From the NCBI RefSeq assembly GCF_009914755.1, contig NC_060927.1: a DNA stretch of 64,000 nucleotides; one strand, 5' to 3'. The translations under genes were made by a program, and so were the position numbers. The DNA comes from the human T2T-CHM13v2.0 reference genome, Homo sapiens. The notes below the pieces were generated by a model that saw only the letters and a list, made by a program, of their open reading frames with translations, was not told the origin of the DNA and did no database searches. Positions 40,965 through 52,880 of this stretch are shown here, one piece after another (positions within the stretch are counted from its first letter, which is position 1; the number at the start of each line of letters is the position of its first letter).

Positions 40965-41578
40965 TGTTACTGGAAAGGGGTCCTGATCCAGATGCCAAGA
41001 GAGGGGTCTTGGATTTTGCCCAAGAAAGAATTTGAGGTGAATCCATAGAGTAACGTGAAAGTAAGTTTATCAAAGAAGTAAATGAACAAAGGAATGGCTA
41101 CTCCATAGTCAGAGCAGCAGAGTGGGCTACTTGACTAAGGATTCTTATAGTTATTTCTTGATTATATGCTAAACAAGGGGTGGATTATTCATGAGTTTCC
41201 CAGAAAGGAGTGGGCAATTCATGAAACTGAGGGTTCCTCCCCTCTTTAGACCATATAAGGTAACTTCTTGACGTTGCCATGGCATTTGTAAACTATCACT
41301 GGTGCTGGTGAGAGTGTCTTTTAGCATGCTAATGCATTATAATTAGCATATAATGAGCAGTGAGGACAACCAGAGGTGACTCTCATCGCCATCGTGGTTT
41401 TGGTGGGATTTGGCCGGCTTCTTTACCACATGCTGCTTTATCAGCAAGGTCTTTGTGAACTGTACCTTGTGCCAACTTAGAATGCTTAACCTCCTGGGAA
41501 TGCAGCCCAGTAGGTCTCAGTGTCATTTTACCCAGCCCCACTCAAGATGGAGTCACTCTTGTTCCGAGACCTCTGTCA
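40965..41578 (-). mobile_element. MER41B solo LTR (ERV1)
   Basis: tgttactggaaaggggtcctgatccaga...ttttagcatgctaatgcattataattagcatataatgagcagtgaggac (B-type block)...ctcaagatggagtcactcttgttccgagacctctgtca; near-TSD cctg/cctt. Confidence 0.9.
41197..41260. promoter_or_regulatory. GAS (STAT) motif TTCCCAGAA and CArG box CCATATAAGG inside MER41B
   Basis: TTCNNNGAA match at 41197-41205; CC(A/T)6GG match at 41251-41260; motif matches only, binding not shown. Confidence 0.5.
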
Positions 41579-42781
41579 CCTTCATTTGCTGTTTTCCAAA
41601 TGCCTTCACCTCAAAGGAATTAGTAAAACAAAGCAGCATATTTTGGTATGGCATTTCCTAAACTCCATCCCTTTATAACAATCCTTAAAAAACCCAGGAA
41701 GGATTCTAATTGGCCTGGCCTTGGGTTGTTTACTTTGCAATTAATCAATATGGCCAGAGGATAAGATTAGGACAAATAGTCCCTGTGAGAACCACATGGT
41801 TAGCCTGGAGAGAGAAGCAGTTCTCCAAAAGAGAGTCTGTCTGTTCCTATAAGAAGAGAGAGGAGATGGGCAGATAAAAGAGTAGAAGTTCACAGTAGGG
41901 ACTTTAAAAATTTCTGAGGCTGGTGCTTCCTGTTTGGATCACATAGCGCTTCTGTGGTCATTGTGGAAGGTGGTCTAGGCTAATTGCCAATTTGATTCTA
42001 AAGTAAGAAGGCTGAGTGTTTTCTTTGATCTTGAACTTGCTTTTATTTCTCGCTTGTGCTGCCCTGATAAATCTACTTATTATCACTTTCTCTATTTTGC
42101 CCCATATTCTGCCTGGTCTCTGTTATGTTTCTGTTGAAAATCTTATTCACACATTTGTGTGCTTGTCTTGATTATAGAAAATTTCATTTTTAATGCCTCC
42201 CTGTCTTTGCTTTACTTCAAGCCCACAGACTCAATCATCAGGTCACACACATGCATCATGCAAAAAACAATCTTGAATGACAGGAAGCAAAAGTGAAAGC
42301 TTTAATACCATGTGGAAATCAAGGCAAAAGCCAACTTTTTGGATAAGCAGACCCATCTTAAAAGCATAGGGTGTGTGGTTGTGGCAGGTGGTGACGATGA
42401 TAGGGAAACTTTAACTCCCACATTAGGGAATTAATAGGAAATGGCTAAAAGGAAAATTCAAGTTGGACTATATTATTTAACTATTTGAAAGCAATGACAA
42501 AGGAGACAGCGAAAGCAGCTAAGTGGTTGATTCTGAGGAGTAGGAAGGAGTGGGAAAAAGAATATGGCCCCCAAGGGGCTAACTTTCATAATAAATCTTG
42601 TTGAACTATAATATACAATTATGTGCATAACTTGATAAAATAGAAATAAAATGAAAGGAGCCCTAAATCTGAGCCAAGGCTCTTCAATTCTGGCCTGCCT
42701 TAGCTGATTGCTCAGATTTTCTCTTTCCTTCTCTTATGAGTTGTCTTTCCCGTATTTATTCTTCTCTTGGTTTAATCTCTT

Positions 42782-43090
<309 letters not shown>

Positions 43091-43099
43091 CTAATCTCT

Positions 43100-44150
43100 C
43101 ATTTCGATGGTGTGTCCTATAATTGTTTCCTGAGAAAGGATATAGGAGATTAAAATGTTAAGCTCTTACATATCTAAAAGTGTCTTTAATCCACGCTGAC
43201 ATTTTACTCCTTGTCTTGGCATAGAATTCTAAATTGGAAACTATTTTCCCTCAGAATTTCCCCATTTTTCTGTTAGTTTCTACTGTTTTATTGAGAAATC
43301 TACAGCCATTCTGAATCTTGGTCCTTTTAATGTAAGCATTTTTTTTTTTTCTTTTCTGAAAGCTTTGGGATTTTGTCTTTGATCCTAGTGTTCTGAAGCA
43401 CTACACTGGTGGGCCTCAGTGAGGATTTATTTTTAATTTTTGTGGTGAACCTCAATAAGACTTTTAATTCTGAGAAATTTTCTTAAGCTGTAATATTGAT
43501 TATTGTATCTGTTTTCTTTTCTAGAATTTCTTCTACTTAGATGGTTAGTCTTCTGGACACTCTCTAAGCTCTAATTTGCAAATTTTTTTTGCTCTCATTT
43601 TCCATGTCTTGGTCTTTTTGCTTTACTTTCCAAGAAATTTTTGTAAATTATCTTCTAGCACATCAATTGAGATGTTCATTTCTGCTTTCAGGTTTTCATT
43701 TTCTAAAACTCAGTCTCGTTGTCTGCATGTTTGGTTTTTTAAAAATAGAATCCTGTTTTTATTTCATGCATATAATATCTCACTCTACCACCCAGGCATG
43801 ATAATAGCTCATGGTAGCCTCCAAATCCTGGGCTGAGGTGTTCCTCCTGCCTCAGCCTTCTGAGTAGCTAGGCATATGCCACCATGCCTGACTAACTTTT
43901 GTTTTTTGTAGAGATGCGGTCTTGCTATGTTGCCCAGGCTACTCTTGAAATTTTGGCATCAAGCAATCCTCCCGTCTTGGCCTTCCAAAGTGTTGGGATT
44001 ACAAGTGTGAGCCACCACACCCAGTCTTTTCTTAGACTTCTGACTTTCATGTTGTGTGTTTCCTCAGATGTCTGGTGATCAGCTTTCTTTGGTCTATTTA
44101 GTCAGTCAGTTATGTGCTCTTCTGCATTCCAACTTCCAAAATTTTATCAC
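43100..44150 (-). mobile_element. Degenerate old L1 (L1ME/L1M5) fragment
   Basis: ggcatagaattctaaattggaaactattttccctcagaattt...gagaaatctacagccattctgaatcttg. Confidence 0.6.
43775..44025 (-). mobile_element. Deleted AluJ
   Basis: tctcactctaccacccagg...ttgtagagatgcggtcttgctatgttgcccagg...gagccaccacacccag. Confidence 0.85.
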
Positions 44151-44339
44151 TATCATGAAAGGAGAGATTTCCTCAAAAAGAGAATTCCATCAATGAGGAA
44201 AGAGATATTGTCCCATTCTTCTCCTTGTCAATGTATGCCATTTAGAGGAGAGGCTGGGCAGCAGTGTGGAAGCTGGATAGGGAAAAAGTACTATTCTTGC
44301 TCAACTGTCCAGACCAATTTGCCTTTAATCCCAAACTTA

Positions 44340-44957
44340 TGTTGGGGCTTAGAACACAATACCCCAAATATGGCACCTTGGCGTGCTGAGTACTCTGAAC
44401 TGAAGGACACATGGAGGGCCTCAGAAACAAGGTCTGCCTGACCTTCTCCCATCCTCTGGTTTCCTGCCCCTCTTTCTCTTCAAAAGCAAATCACAGAAAC
44501 CAGAATTTCACTTTTGCAAGGTGGGTCATAGAAACTAGTCCTCCTCTCACCCAAAGCAAGCCATAAAAACTAAAAAGGTCACTTTTCCCCTTCTCCCTTC
44601 TTACTTGAAGACCTCATTCCGAGGGCCCTGTCCCATATCCAGGAGGAAGGAATGTTACACAGAGAAGACAAGAAGATTCTGGAAAGGCCTTGCTGGGTTT
44701 GCCACCTATTATCATTAGATCATACTCTTTTGTCCAATCACATTTCTACATGGCTGTCTATTCTTCATTGAACCTAAAAAAAATAGACAGTTTTCCCTGG
44801 ATCTCCCGATCTTCATTTCTAAAGGCACCCGTGTCACATAAAACTTTGATTAAATAACTGTGTTATGCTTTTCTCTTGTTTACCTGTCCTTTTTATAGGT
44901 GTGTAGGCTTGGATCCTATGACTGCTGAGGAAAATATCACACCTTTCCTCCCCTAAG
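44340..44957 (+). mobile_element. ERV1 solo LTR (MER39/MER34 group)
   Basis: tgttggggcttagaacacaataccccaaatatggc...aaaactttgattaaataac...cctttcctcccct; 4-bp TSD ctta (44336-44339 / 44958-44961). Confidence 0.8.
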
Positions 44958-45244
44958 CTTACTCAACCCAGCACAAGAAAAGCTCTGTGCCCAAATTTCC
45001 CATCCCTTCTTAGAAGGCAGCTTGAGCTCTATCTATCTCAAGCCTCTTTGGAGGATTAGTTCTGCCCCTTCTTTTTCTTCCCCTAAGCAGCTTGGTAAAG
45101 CAACCCACATGTAAGTCTTTTCTGAAAGTGGTTTTGGGAAATAGCATTGTCTTCATTGTATTTCATTTCCAGTGATTTTAGTGCCTTGTAAATGCCAGAT
45201 GACTCCGTCTCTTTTTTCCTGCCTCTGCTTTCTTGCTACCCAGC

Positions 45245-45335
45245 CCAGTCTCAGTCTCCTCCTCTATAAAATGGGGGACATACTACCTCCCTTACTGCAC
45301 TCTGGTGAGGAAGAAGTAAAACAAGGTAAATTGGA
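45245..45335 (+). mobile_element. MIR core
   Basis: gtctcagtctcctcctctataaaatggggga...ctggtgaggaagaagt. Confidence 0.6.
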
Positions 45336-46511
45336 AAGCCAGTAGTCAGAGCCTGCCACTTCAGGAGCTTCTTGGCCTTTGACAGCTCTAAGAACTATGA
45401 GCACCATGGGAATATCTTCTCCCAATGTCTCCTTTACTAGGGGGCCCTTGATGAGGGTTTGCAGTTTTCTCCATCAGGGCTACAGTGTTTGCAAAAGTGA
45501 AAGTAACTTTAAATCCCTCGCGATCAAAACATAAGGTGAAAAACACCCAATAACTAAATTCTCACCTTAACAACTATTGCAAGTAAAACCGAGGAGGGAA
45601 GAGAAGATATTAACCTCCCTAGACCTACATGCAAGCAACAGGGTAAGTAAGCAGCATCAGTTCTCTGCACAAACCCAGAGAAGGTGTGAGACACTGTGGA
45701 GTCTGCTGCTTCTTTCAGACCCAGGGAATGTCTGCTTGACACCTCTCTTTCTGCCTCCCCGCACCCCACTTCCTTCTATTTTTGTAACTTAGAGAAGAAC
45801 AGGAAGGGGTATTTTTTTTAATGTTTTTAAGCATTCAGGGTATGCCTGTGTTCTAGAAGCTGGTGAAGCTGTGAACTTGCCACAGAAAATGATTGTGACC
45901 CAGGACAAGGGCTTCAGCGTCTCTACCTTGTCAAAGGAGGAGCTGATCCTACCTGGTTGGAGAAAATTTTGTCATCTCCCTCAAGCTGGTGCAGGGAGTT
46001 CTAGCACACACTACTGTATGATATTCAAATCCAAAGTTAAAAAAGACTCCAAGATTGTTTTACTTAATCAGTGAAAGGGAAGGCAGCAACAGAGTTGAGT
46101 TTCGAGAAGGTGGCCCCTGAGCCAGCCTGCCAGATCAATTTGTGTCTCCTGGGAGAGACCTTTGGTGCTGGCTTTTCCCTTCAAGGGCTGGTAAAACCCA
46201 TGAGGACCCATTGATTAGGCAATGACAAACTGATGACCGAGGCTGCTGAGATTATATTCATTGCTCAGTGGTTCAAATATGTCCACGATTTAGAGTGGAA
46301 CCCTGTATAAAAATAAGAAACAGAAAAAAACCGTATATGGTTTTCAAATAAAATATATGCTGTCAGGATAACTAACTGGGGATTGGTTTGCTTAGTTGTT
46401 TTTCTTCGCTAGCAACCACTTCCAACCTACTCTCTATTTCTTGTTTTCCCACTTAGCTTCCAGTTATATTTTTTTGCTTTGTCCTTTTGTCAGATTAGTT
46501 ACAACTTTGGA

Positions 46512-46690
46512 TAGGTTTACCATATTTAGAAAATAAAAACATAGTTAAATTTGAATTTCAAATAAACAATAATTTTTTAGTACAAATCAGACCCATGAAA
46601 TATTTGTATACATTTATAGAAAAAAAATATGTATTATTTATTTGAAATTCAGTGGGACAAACTTATACTAAAATATTATTTATTGTTAAG
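46512..46690. mobile_element. MER53 palindromic hAT MITE (rearranged)
   Basis: agttaaatttgaatttcaaataaacaataattttttagta ... tttatttgaaattca, then a second gggacaaacttatactaaaatattatttattgtt arm. Confidence 0.7.
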
Positions 46691-46799
46691 TTTTCAAGAG
46701 TTTAATTTAAAATTATTGTGCATATTGTGACAACTTTCTTCTTGATACATCGAATAATAATGGTTTTATATTTAATGGCTTGGATTTGGTAAAACAGCA

Positions 46800-47270
46800 T
46801 GGAATTTTACTATTAAAATAATGCATCATTACACATAAAATTGAAGGGCCTTTCTTCTCCCCTATCACTCACTGTCATGTTCACCTGTGTCATTTTTCTT
46901 CATTCCCTTGAGGCAATTATCTAAATTTGGTGTGTATTTTTCAGGACATAATTTTACATAAATCTATATACATATATGTTTTTCTTAATATATAGTATTA
47001 TTCTCTGTTTTATTGTTCTATATATATTGTTTCGCATCTGTCTTTACTTGCAATTATGTTTTTAAAAGTCTATTCATGTTGATCTATGTAGTGATATTTC
47101 ATCTGCCGAATTACATTTCAGTGTATGCATATACTATAATTAATATGTTTTCCTGTTGATGGACATTTCAGTTATTTTCCATTTATTTTTCCAGTTTCAT
47201 ACTATTATAAACAGGGATTCTCTAATACATATTAAGAAATGGAATCTCAAGGTTGTAGAGTACTTTTTTT
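46800..47270 (-). mobile_element. L1ME 3' fragment
   Basis: tattcatgttgatctatgtagtg...ttttcctgttgatggacatttcagttattttcc. Confidence 0.6.
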
Positions 47271-47639
47271 TAACTATTTTCAATTTATCTTTAATTTAAA
47301 TAAGCCTCATTTAGTGGTGCCTTTAGGTTTACTGAGTGAAATCTGAATTTGTTACTGTACAAAGTTTGTTTTTTTTTCTCCTCAAAGGAAAGCCCTTTCT
47401 ATTTTGCCTTTCACCCACCTCATTACCAGCAATCATAACAGTAACAGTGATAAAATCACTCTCTGTAAAATGTCACCTTTGAAAGTTCTTTTGTGATGAT
47501 TTGTGGGCCATCAGTCAACTGAGCCACCTACACTTCCCAAATCCTTTGTTGTATTTCCAAAGACTATCTGCTTGAAAGAACATACAAGGCCCCCCTCAGG
47601 CTTATATGTCAATCTCCTGGTGGTGGAGAGACAAGTAAC

Positions 47640-48910
47640 ATCAGTGTGAATTTTAAGGAACTGCCAGTAATATGTGTCAAGGTCCCAGGAGTCGGCATCC
47701 TCATTTGGTCCAATAGTGCCACATTTAGGAATTTACTGTAAGCAAATAGGTAAATATATGCACAAAAATAGTGAGGTATTAACTACAAATAAAATTTTAA
47801 AAGTAGAAAATTAGAAACTCCCTTAGGATTCTATAATAGAAGGTTATATAAATAAATCAAGATGGGTTTCTACAAAAAAAAATTGACCCAGAAAGTGTTA
47901 ATACGATGTTAAATGAAGAAAATGTGATAAAGGCTGGTTTGAAGAAATACGACTTTAAAAGATATATATATATATGAATATATATATAAAAGATATATAT
48001 ATATGAATATATATATGAAAGATATATATATGAATATATATAAAAGATATATATATGAATATATATAAAAGATATATATATGAATATATATATAAAAGAT
48101 ATATATATGAATATATATATAAAAGATATATATATGAATATATATAAAATATATATGAATATATATAAAATATATATGAATATATATATAAAAGATATAT
48201 ATATGAATATATATATAAAAGATATATATATGAATATATATATAAAAGATATATATATGAATATATATATAAAAGATATATATATGAATATATATAAAAG
48301 ATATATATATGAATATATATAAAAGATATATATATGAATATATATAAAAGATATATATATGAATATATATAAAAGATATATATATGAATATATATAAAAG
48401 ATATATATATGAATATATATATAAAAGATATATGAATATATATGAAAGATATATATATGAATATATATGAAAGATATATATATGAATATATATATGAAAG
48501 ATATATATATGAATATATATGAAAGATATATATATGAATATATATATGAAAGATATATATATGAATATACATGAAAGATATATATATGAATATATATGAA
48601 AGATATATATATGAATATATGTAAAGATATATTCATATATATGTAAGATATATATATTCATATATATAAAAGATATATATGAATATATATGAAAGATATA
48701 TGAATATATATGAAAGATATATATATGAATACATATATGAAAGATATATATATAGATGGAAAAATATCTGGAAGGATATAACTAAAGGCATTAACAGTGA
48801 CTATCTCTGGAGTGTGGAATTTATAGATGGAGTTTCATTTTCTTCTTTTGTCATGTATTTTTTCTAATTTTTATACAGTGAACATATATTATTTTGGCAA
48901 CAAAGATAAT
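47640..48910 (+). mobile_element. L1ME-type 3'UTR relic split by the minisatellite
   Basis: caatagtgccacatttaggaatttac...; after the VNTR: aaaatatctggaaggatata...ttaacagtgactatctctgg...tttttctaatttttatacagtgaacatatatt. Confidence 0.55.
47957..48756. repeat. AT-rich minisatellite, about 25-27-bp unit AAAAGATATATATATGAATATATAT(AT), roughly 30 copies
   Basis: Directly visible; units vary in (TA) count and in TAAAAG vs TGAAAG. Confidence 0.97.
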
Positions 48911-50676
48911 TAAATGTAGATATGCCAGAATTTTGTTTACTTGGGTCATGGTTATGTGTGGAGAATGAACACTAAGAGATAGGCAGGTTGGTAGGAGAAT
49001 TTAGGAGCAAGATGAGATGGAGAAGTAAGTTTAATAAAACACGTTATCTGGGAACAATTTTGGATTTTTCTTGGACATTTTTTTCACCCTTGTTCTCCAG
49101 ACTTTTTAAAGGATTCTAAAGCATAAAAGTCCTGAATGATTGGTGTCTAGCAATGAATAATCTAGATTTCCTTTTGTTTCTGAAATATGTCTGCACTTAT
49201 TCCTTCACTGTAGTAAATTTATGCTCCCAGTAAAGACCTGCAGAAAAGACAGATTTGATAGCCTTCCTTGATAACAAATTTAAGAAAGATATCTAATGCT
49301 TCTTTCATTATTTTTAAAATTTAGTTTGGAGGAGATCAAAATCTCTTCTAGAATAACATTCTTTTTATAGCTTCAATATCCCTTCCTTGAATCACCAGTG
49401 TGGCAAAAATAAAATAAAATAAATACAAAATAAAAATCACTTGGTTAAGGCAAAAACTCTGTTTACTATCAGTTTCTATCAGCCTCAAAATGTCCAAGTT
49501 ACAGTATACAGAAAGAGAGTATGGTTCCATGTAGATGGATTCTTTAATGGATGAAGATACACAGATGCAAATAACCTAAAATTGGTACTATACTAAACTC
49601 ATCAAAACAACAAAAAATGATAAAATCTAATGCTGTCTGGTATATAGCTTATGGAAAAACCAGCATTGATGATAGCACTTAAAACTGGTTCAGTATTTAT
49701 GGAAAGAATCCTAATAACATGTAAGAATTATCAAAAGGTATTTTTTTTTACTCTCCCTAAAAAGAAAAAGTTTTTTGTATAAGTATCTTTCTCCCAAAGA
49801 CCATTTGCTTACTACCCTGTCATGATGTAACTTTAGAGGAACTGTACCACAAAATAGAGCTTGAGATCCCTAACATCACAGAATTTTAGAGAAGGAAGCT
49901 TGAAAATGTAATTTGCTGGCTTTAAAAGCTTCTAAGATTTTCCTAAGTTCCCTCAGCTAAAAACTGAAGATGCTGAGCTTGCTGTTGATGACTCTGTAAT
50001 TATAAGTTATGAGTCTTTCATGCAAAACCCATGCCCTCAATAATGAGGCAGCTCCTAGGGACCAGAAGGGAGCTGTTGGTCTAGGCAGAAGCAAGTGTTG
50101 GTTAAAGAGTATATACGGCTTGCTTGCTCTGCATTCCAGACAGACAATTGCTCTGGAAGTGGTGTGAATTGCACCCCACCCCCACAATTAACCTCAAAGA
50201 TGTGTTAATTTCTCAGTCAAACTGAGGACCATTTAAATTCAGGCAGTGTCAGAAAACAAGCATTTATTTGGAACCAAAAGAACAATTTGTCTCTTTTCTT
50301 TTTCATTGTCTGCCCATTAATTTTCCCAGAATAAAACCTCTTCAAACAGACTTTTCCTGCTCCTAGAATGTCCCACATCCCAGTCTAGGCAAACAGGATT
50401 TTTTCAATGAGAAGAAAAATTACTCCCTCATTGTTTGGTGAAGAGAGAAGAAAGAATGGATGGTTGCCTTTAAAGAGGACCATTTCTGGAAAACAAAGCT
50501 AGGACAGTACACACTTGTTCTTTTGAGCATCCTCTTTTATTAGAGACATGATGACGTCCTTCCAGAGTCCATAACACTTAGGAAAGTGTGGACACTTTTC
50601 CTCTCAAACCACTGGTTTTGTTTATGACCACATGATTATGATTTTGGGTGATAACTTTACCTACCTTTTCTTCATC

Positions 50677-50866
50677 TCATGGTTTCTTAACCTGGGGCAC
50701 TACTGACATTTTGGGACTGGATAATTCTTCAGTGGAGAGAGAGGTGGGGAGGAAAGGTGGGCAGTCCTATTTTTATAGGACTGTTAGCAGTATCCCTGGT
50801 TCCTCCCTCCCGCCCCCACCCCTGCCATTTATGAAAACAGAAAATGTCCCCAGACATTGCCAAATG
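50677..50866 (+). mobile_element. MER20 partial
   Basis: ggtttcttaacctggggcactactgacattttgggactggataattctt...aaaatgtccccagacattgccaaatg. Confidence 0.85.
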
Positions 50867-51164
50867 CTAAGTATCCTATATAATAGCAATATCAACTATG
50901 TATTGAGTGCAACTATGTGCCAGGTTCTGTACTATGCACCTTATATTCTCATAACAACCCAGACAATTAGGTACATGTTGTCCCTGTGCCACTCAAATGT
51001 AAGATCCAGGAGGACAGGTACCATATGTCTAGCTTATCAATGTACCTCCCAAGCTTTTGCACAGTGACCAGCACATACCTGTGTACACCACAATGCCCAG
51101 GTAATATTCTTTAAAATGAATCAGTGACTGAAATTTACTAAAGAAGATCATTTACTTCTTCCTC

Positions 51165-51902
51165 TTGTAAACCAAGTTTTCAGCACATTCTGTTTTCTCC
51201 ACTTTCCAAATATACTCAGAATGTATTCATCTCCCATCACCTCAAAACTACCACCCTGGTCCAAGCCAGTATGATCTATCACCTGGATAATCGCAGCAGC
51301 CTCCTAATTGGTCCCCATGCTTTTGCCCTTACCCTGCTGTAGTCTATTATTAACCCAGCAATGAGGGGATCCTTTGAAACATAAGACAGATGAGATAACT
51401 CTACTCAATACCTTCTAATGGCCTCCCATCTCAGAATGAAGTCAAAGTTCTTTCAGTGGCCTACAAAGTTCTGCATGATGTATTCCCTGTTACCTCTCTG
51501 AATTTATTTCCTTCTAGTCTCCCTTACACACTCAGGTCCTTCTACATTGGCCTTCTTGTTGTTTTTTAGATATGCCAAGCACACTCCTACTTCAGAGCAT
51601 TTGCATGAGCTGCTCACCCTGCCAGGAATACCCTTCCCACAGCCCTCTCTTTTAAATCTTTACTCAAATGTCATCTTCTCTGTGAGGTCTTTCCTGGGCA
51701 CTCCAAACTTGCACTCCTCCTGACTCTCTTTGCTACTTAATTTTTCTCCATTGTCACCCTCCAATGAACCAGAATGTAAGCTCCATGAAGAGGGATTTCT
51801 ATCTGTTTTGTTTGCCATTAAATCTCCAGCATCCAGTATTAGGCATACAGTAGGTGCTCAAATGTTTGCTAATTGTTAAAAGAAAGAATGAATGAGTGAA
51901 TA
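51165..51902 (+). mobile_element. L2a 3' region with tail
   Basis: accaccctggtccaagcc...cacctgga...cagcctcctaattggtc...agaatgtaagctccatgaagaggg...cagtaggtgctcaaatgtttg...gaatgaatgagtgaat. Confidence 0.9.
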
Positions 51903-51957
51903 AAGACACAGAGATGTGAAGTGGCCAGAGGCTGACAGCCTCTAAGTCCTATTCTTC

Positions 51958-52130
51958 CAGTGATTCCCAAATTTGGCTGTGCATCAGAATCACTTCGGTG
52001 AGAAGGGTATGATTGTTAAAATGCAGATTCCAGGGCTTTGTGCTGGACCTTAGGAGTCAAAATACAAAAGAGGAGGGTTCAGGAGATTGTAGTTTACAAA
52101 AACTCCCTGGAAAACCCTATGCAGCTCATT
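51958..52130 (+). mobile_element. MER5-type hAT relic
   Basis: cagtgattcccaaatttggctgtgcatcagaatcac...ttgttaaaatgcagattccaggg. Confidence 0.7.
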
Positions 52131-52289
52131 TGCTGGCTCAGTGGATCTATAAATGGAAACTTAAGGAGTGATCTGGGAGCCACCTGCAGCAGAACCGGCT
52201 AGGTCAAAGTCTGGGACCTCCAGCCAGCCTCTCAGGCTGTGAATCCTTACTCCCCTGCCTACTAGCCCTACTACTTTTCACTTTTATTT

Positions 52290-52612
52290 TTCCTTTCTTT
52301 CCTTTTTTTTAATTTTTGGTTTTTATTTTTTGAGATGGAATCTTGCTCTGTTGCCCAGGCTGGAGTGCAGTGGCATGATCTCCACTCACTGCAACCTCTG
52401 CCTCCAGGGTTCAAGCCATTCTCCGGTTCAGCCTCCAGAGTAGCTGGGACTACAGGGGCCTACCACCACACCCAGCTAACTTTTGTATTTTTAGTAGAGA
52501 TGGGATTTCACTATGTTGGCCAGGCGGGTCTTGAACTCCTGACCTCAAGTGATCCACTAGCCTCGGCCTCCCAAAGTGCTGGGATTACAGGTGTGAGCCA
52601 CCTCACCCAGCC
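52290..52612 (-). mobile_element. AluS
   Basis: gagatggaatcttgctctgttgcccagg...ctgacctcaagtgatcc...gtgagccacctcacccagcc. Confidence 0.93.
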
Positions 52613-52699
52613 ACCTTTCTTTCCTTTTTCTAATTAGAAACTCTTTGAGTCAAGGACCTCAATATCTAACTGTGCTACATTTTCTCAGAGTAGAATCCC

Positions 52700-52880
52700 T
52701 TGTCTGTAATTTCTAATTGGATGACATTGGTCAAATTATTTAACTTCTTTATCAGTTTCTCAGTCGGTAAATTGGGGATAACACTAGTCTTGATCTCATA
52801 GGATCACTGTGAGGATTTGAAATTCCAGAATAGTCCCTGATATATAGCAAACATACAATAAATGTTAACTATTATTATTG
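52700..52880 (+). mobile_element. MIR
   Basis: gatgacattggtcaaattatttaacttc...cagtttctcagtcggtaaattggggataac...caataaatgttaactattattatt. Confidence 0.75.

Larger units (their letters stand above)
40487..41680 (-). mobile_element. ERVL-type LTR (MER73/74/76/LTR53 group) hosting MER41B
   Basis: aataaactgacaaaagggagatttataggagaaaagcatacaaatt...; resumes after MER41B with catttgctgttttccaaatgccttcacctcaaa...gcagcatattttgg. Confidence 0.6.

Noticed and set aside
47857-48661. Longest ORFs in the track (259, 250 and 205 aa, I/Y/F/H/S-rich)
   Set aside because: Translations of the AT-rich minisatellite, open only because that strand of the unit lacks stop codons.
47957-48756. CRISPR-like repeat array
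   Set aside because: Tandem units without unique spacers, eukaryotic context and no cas genes.
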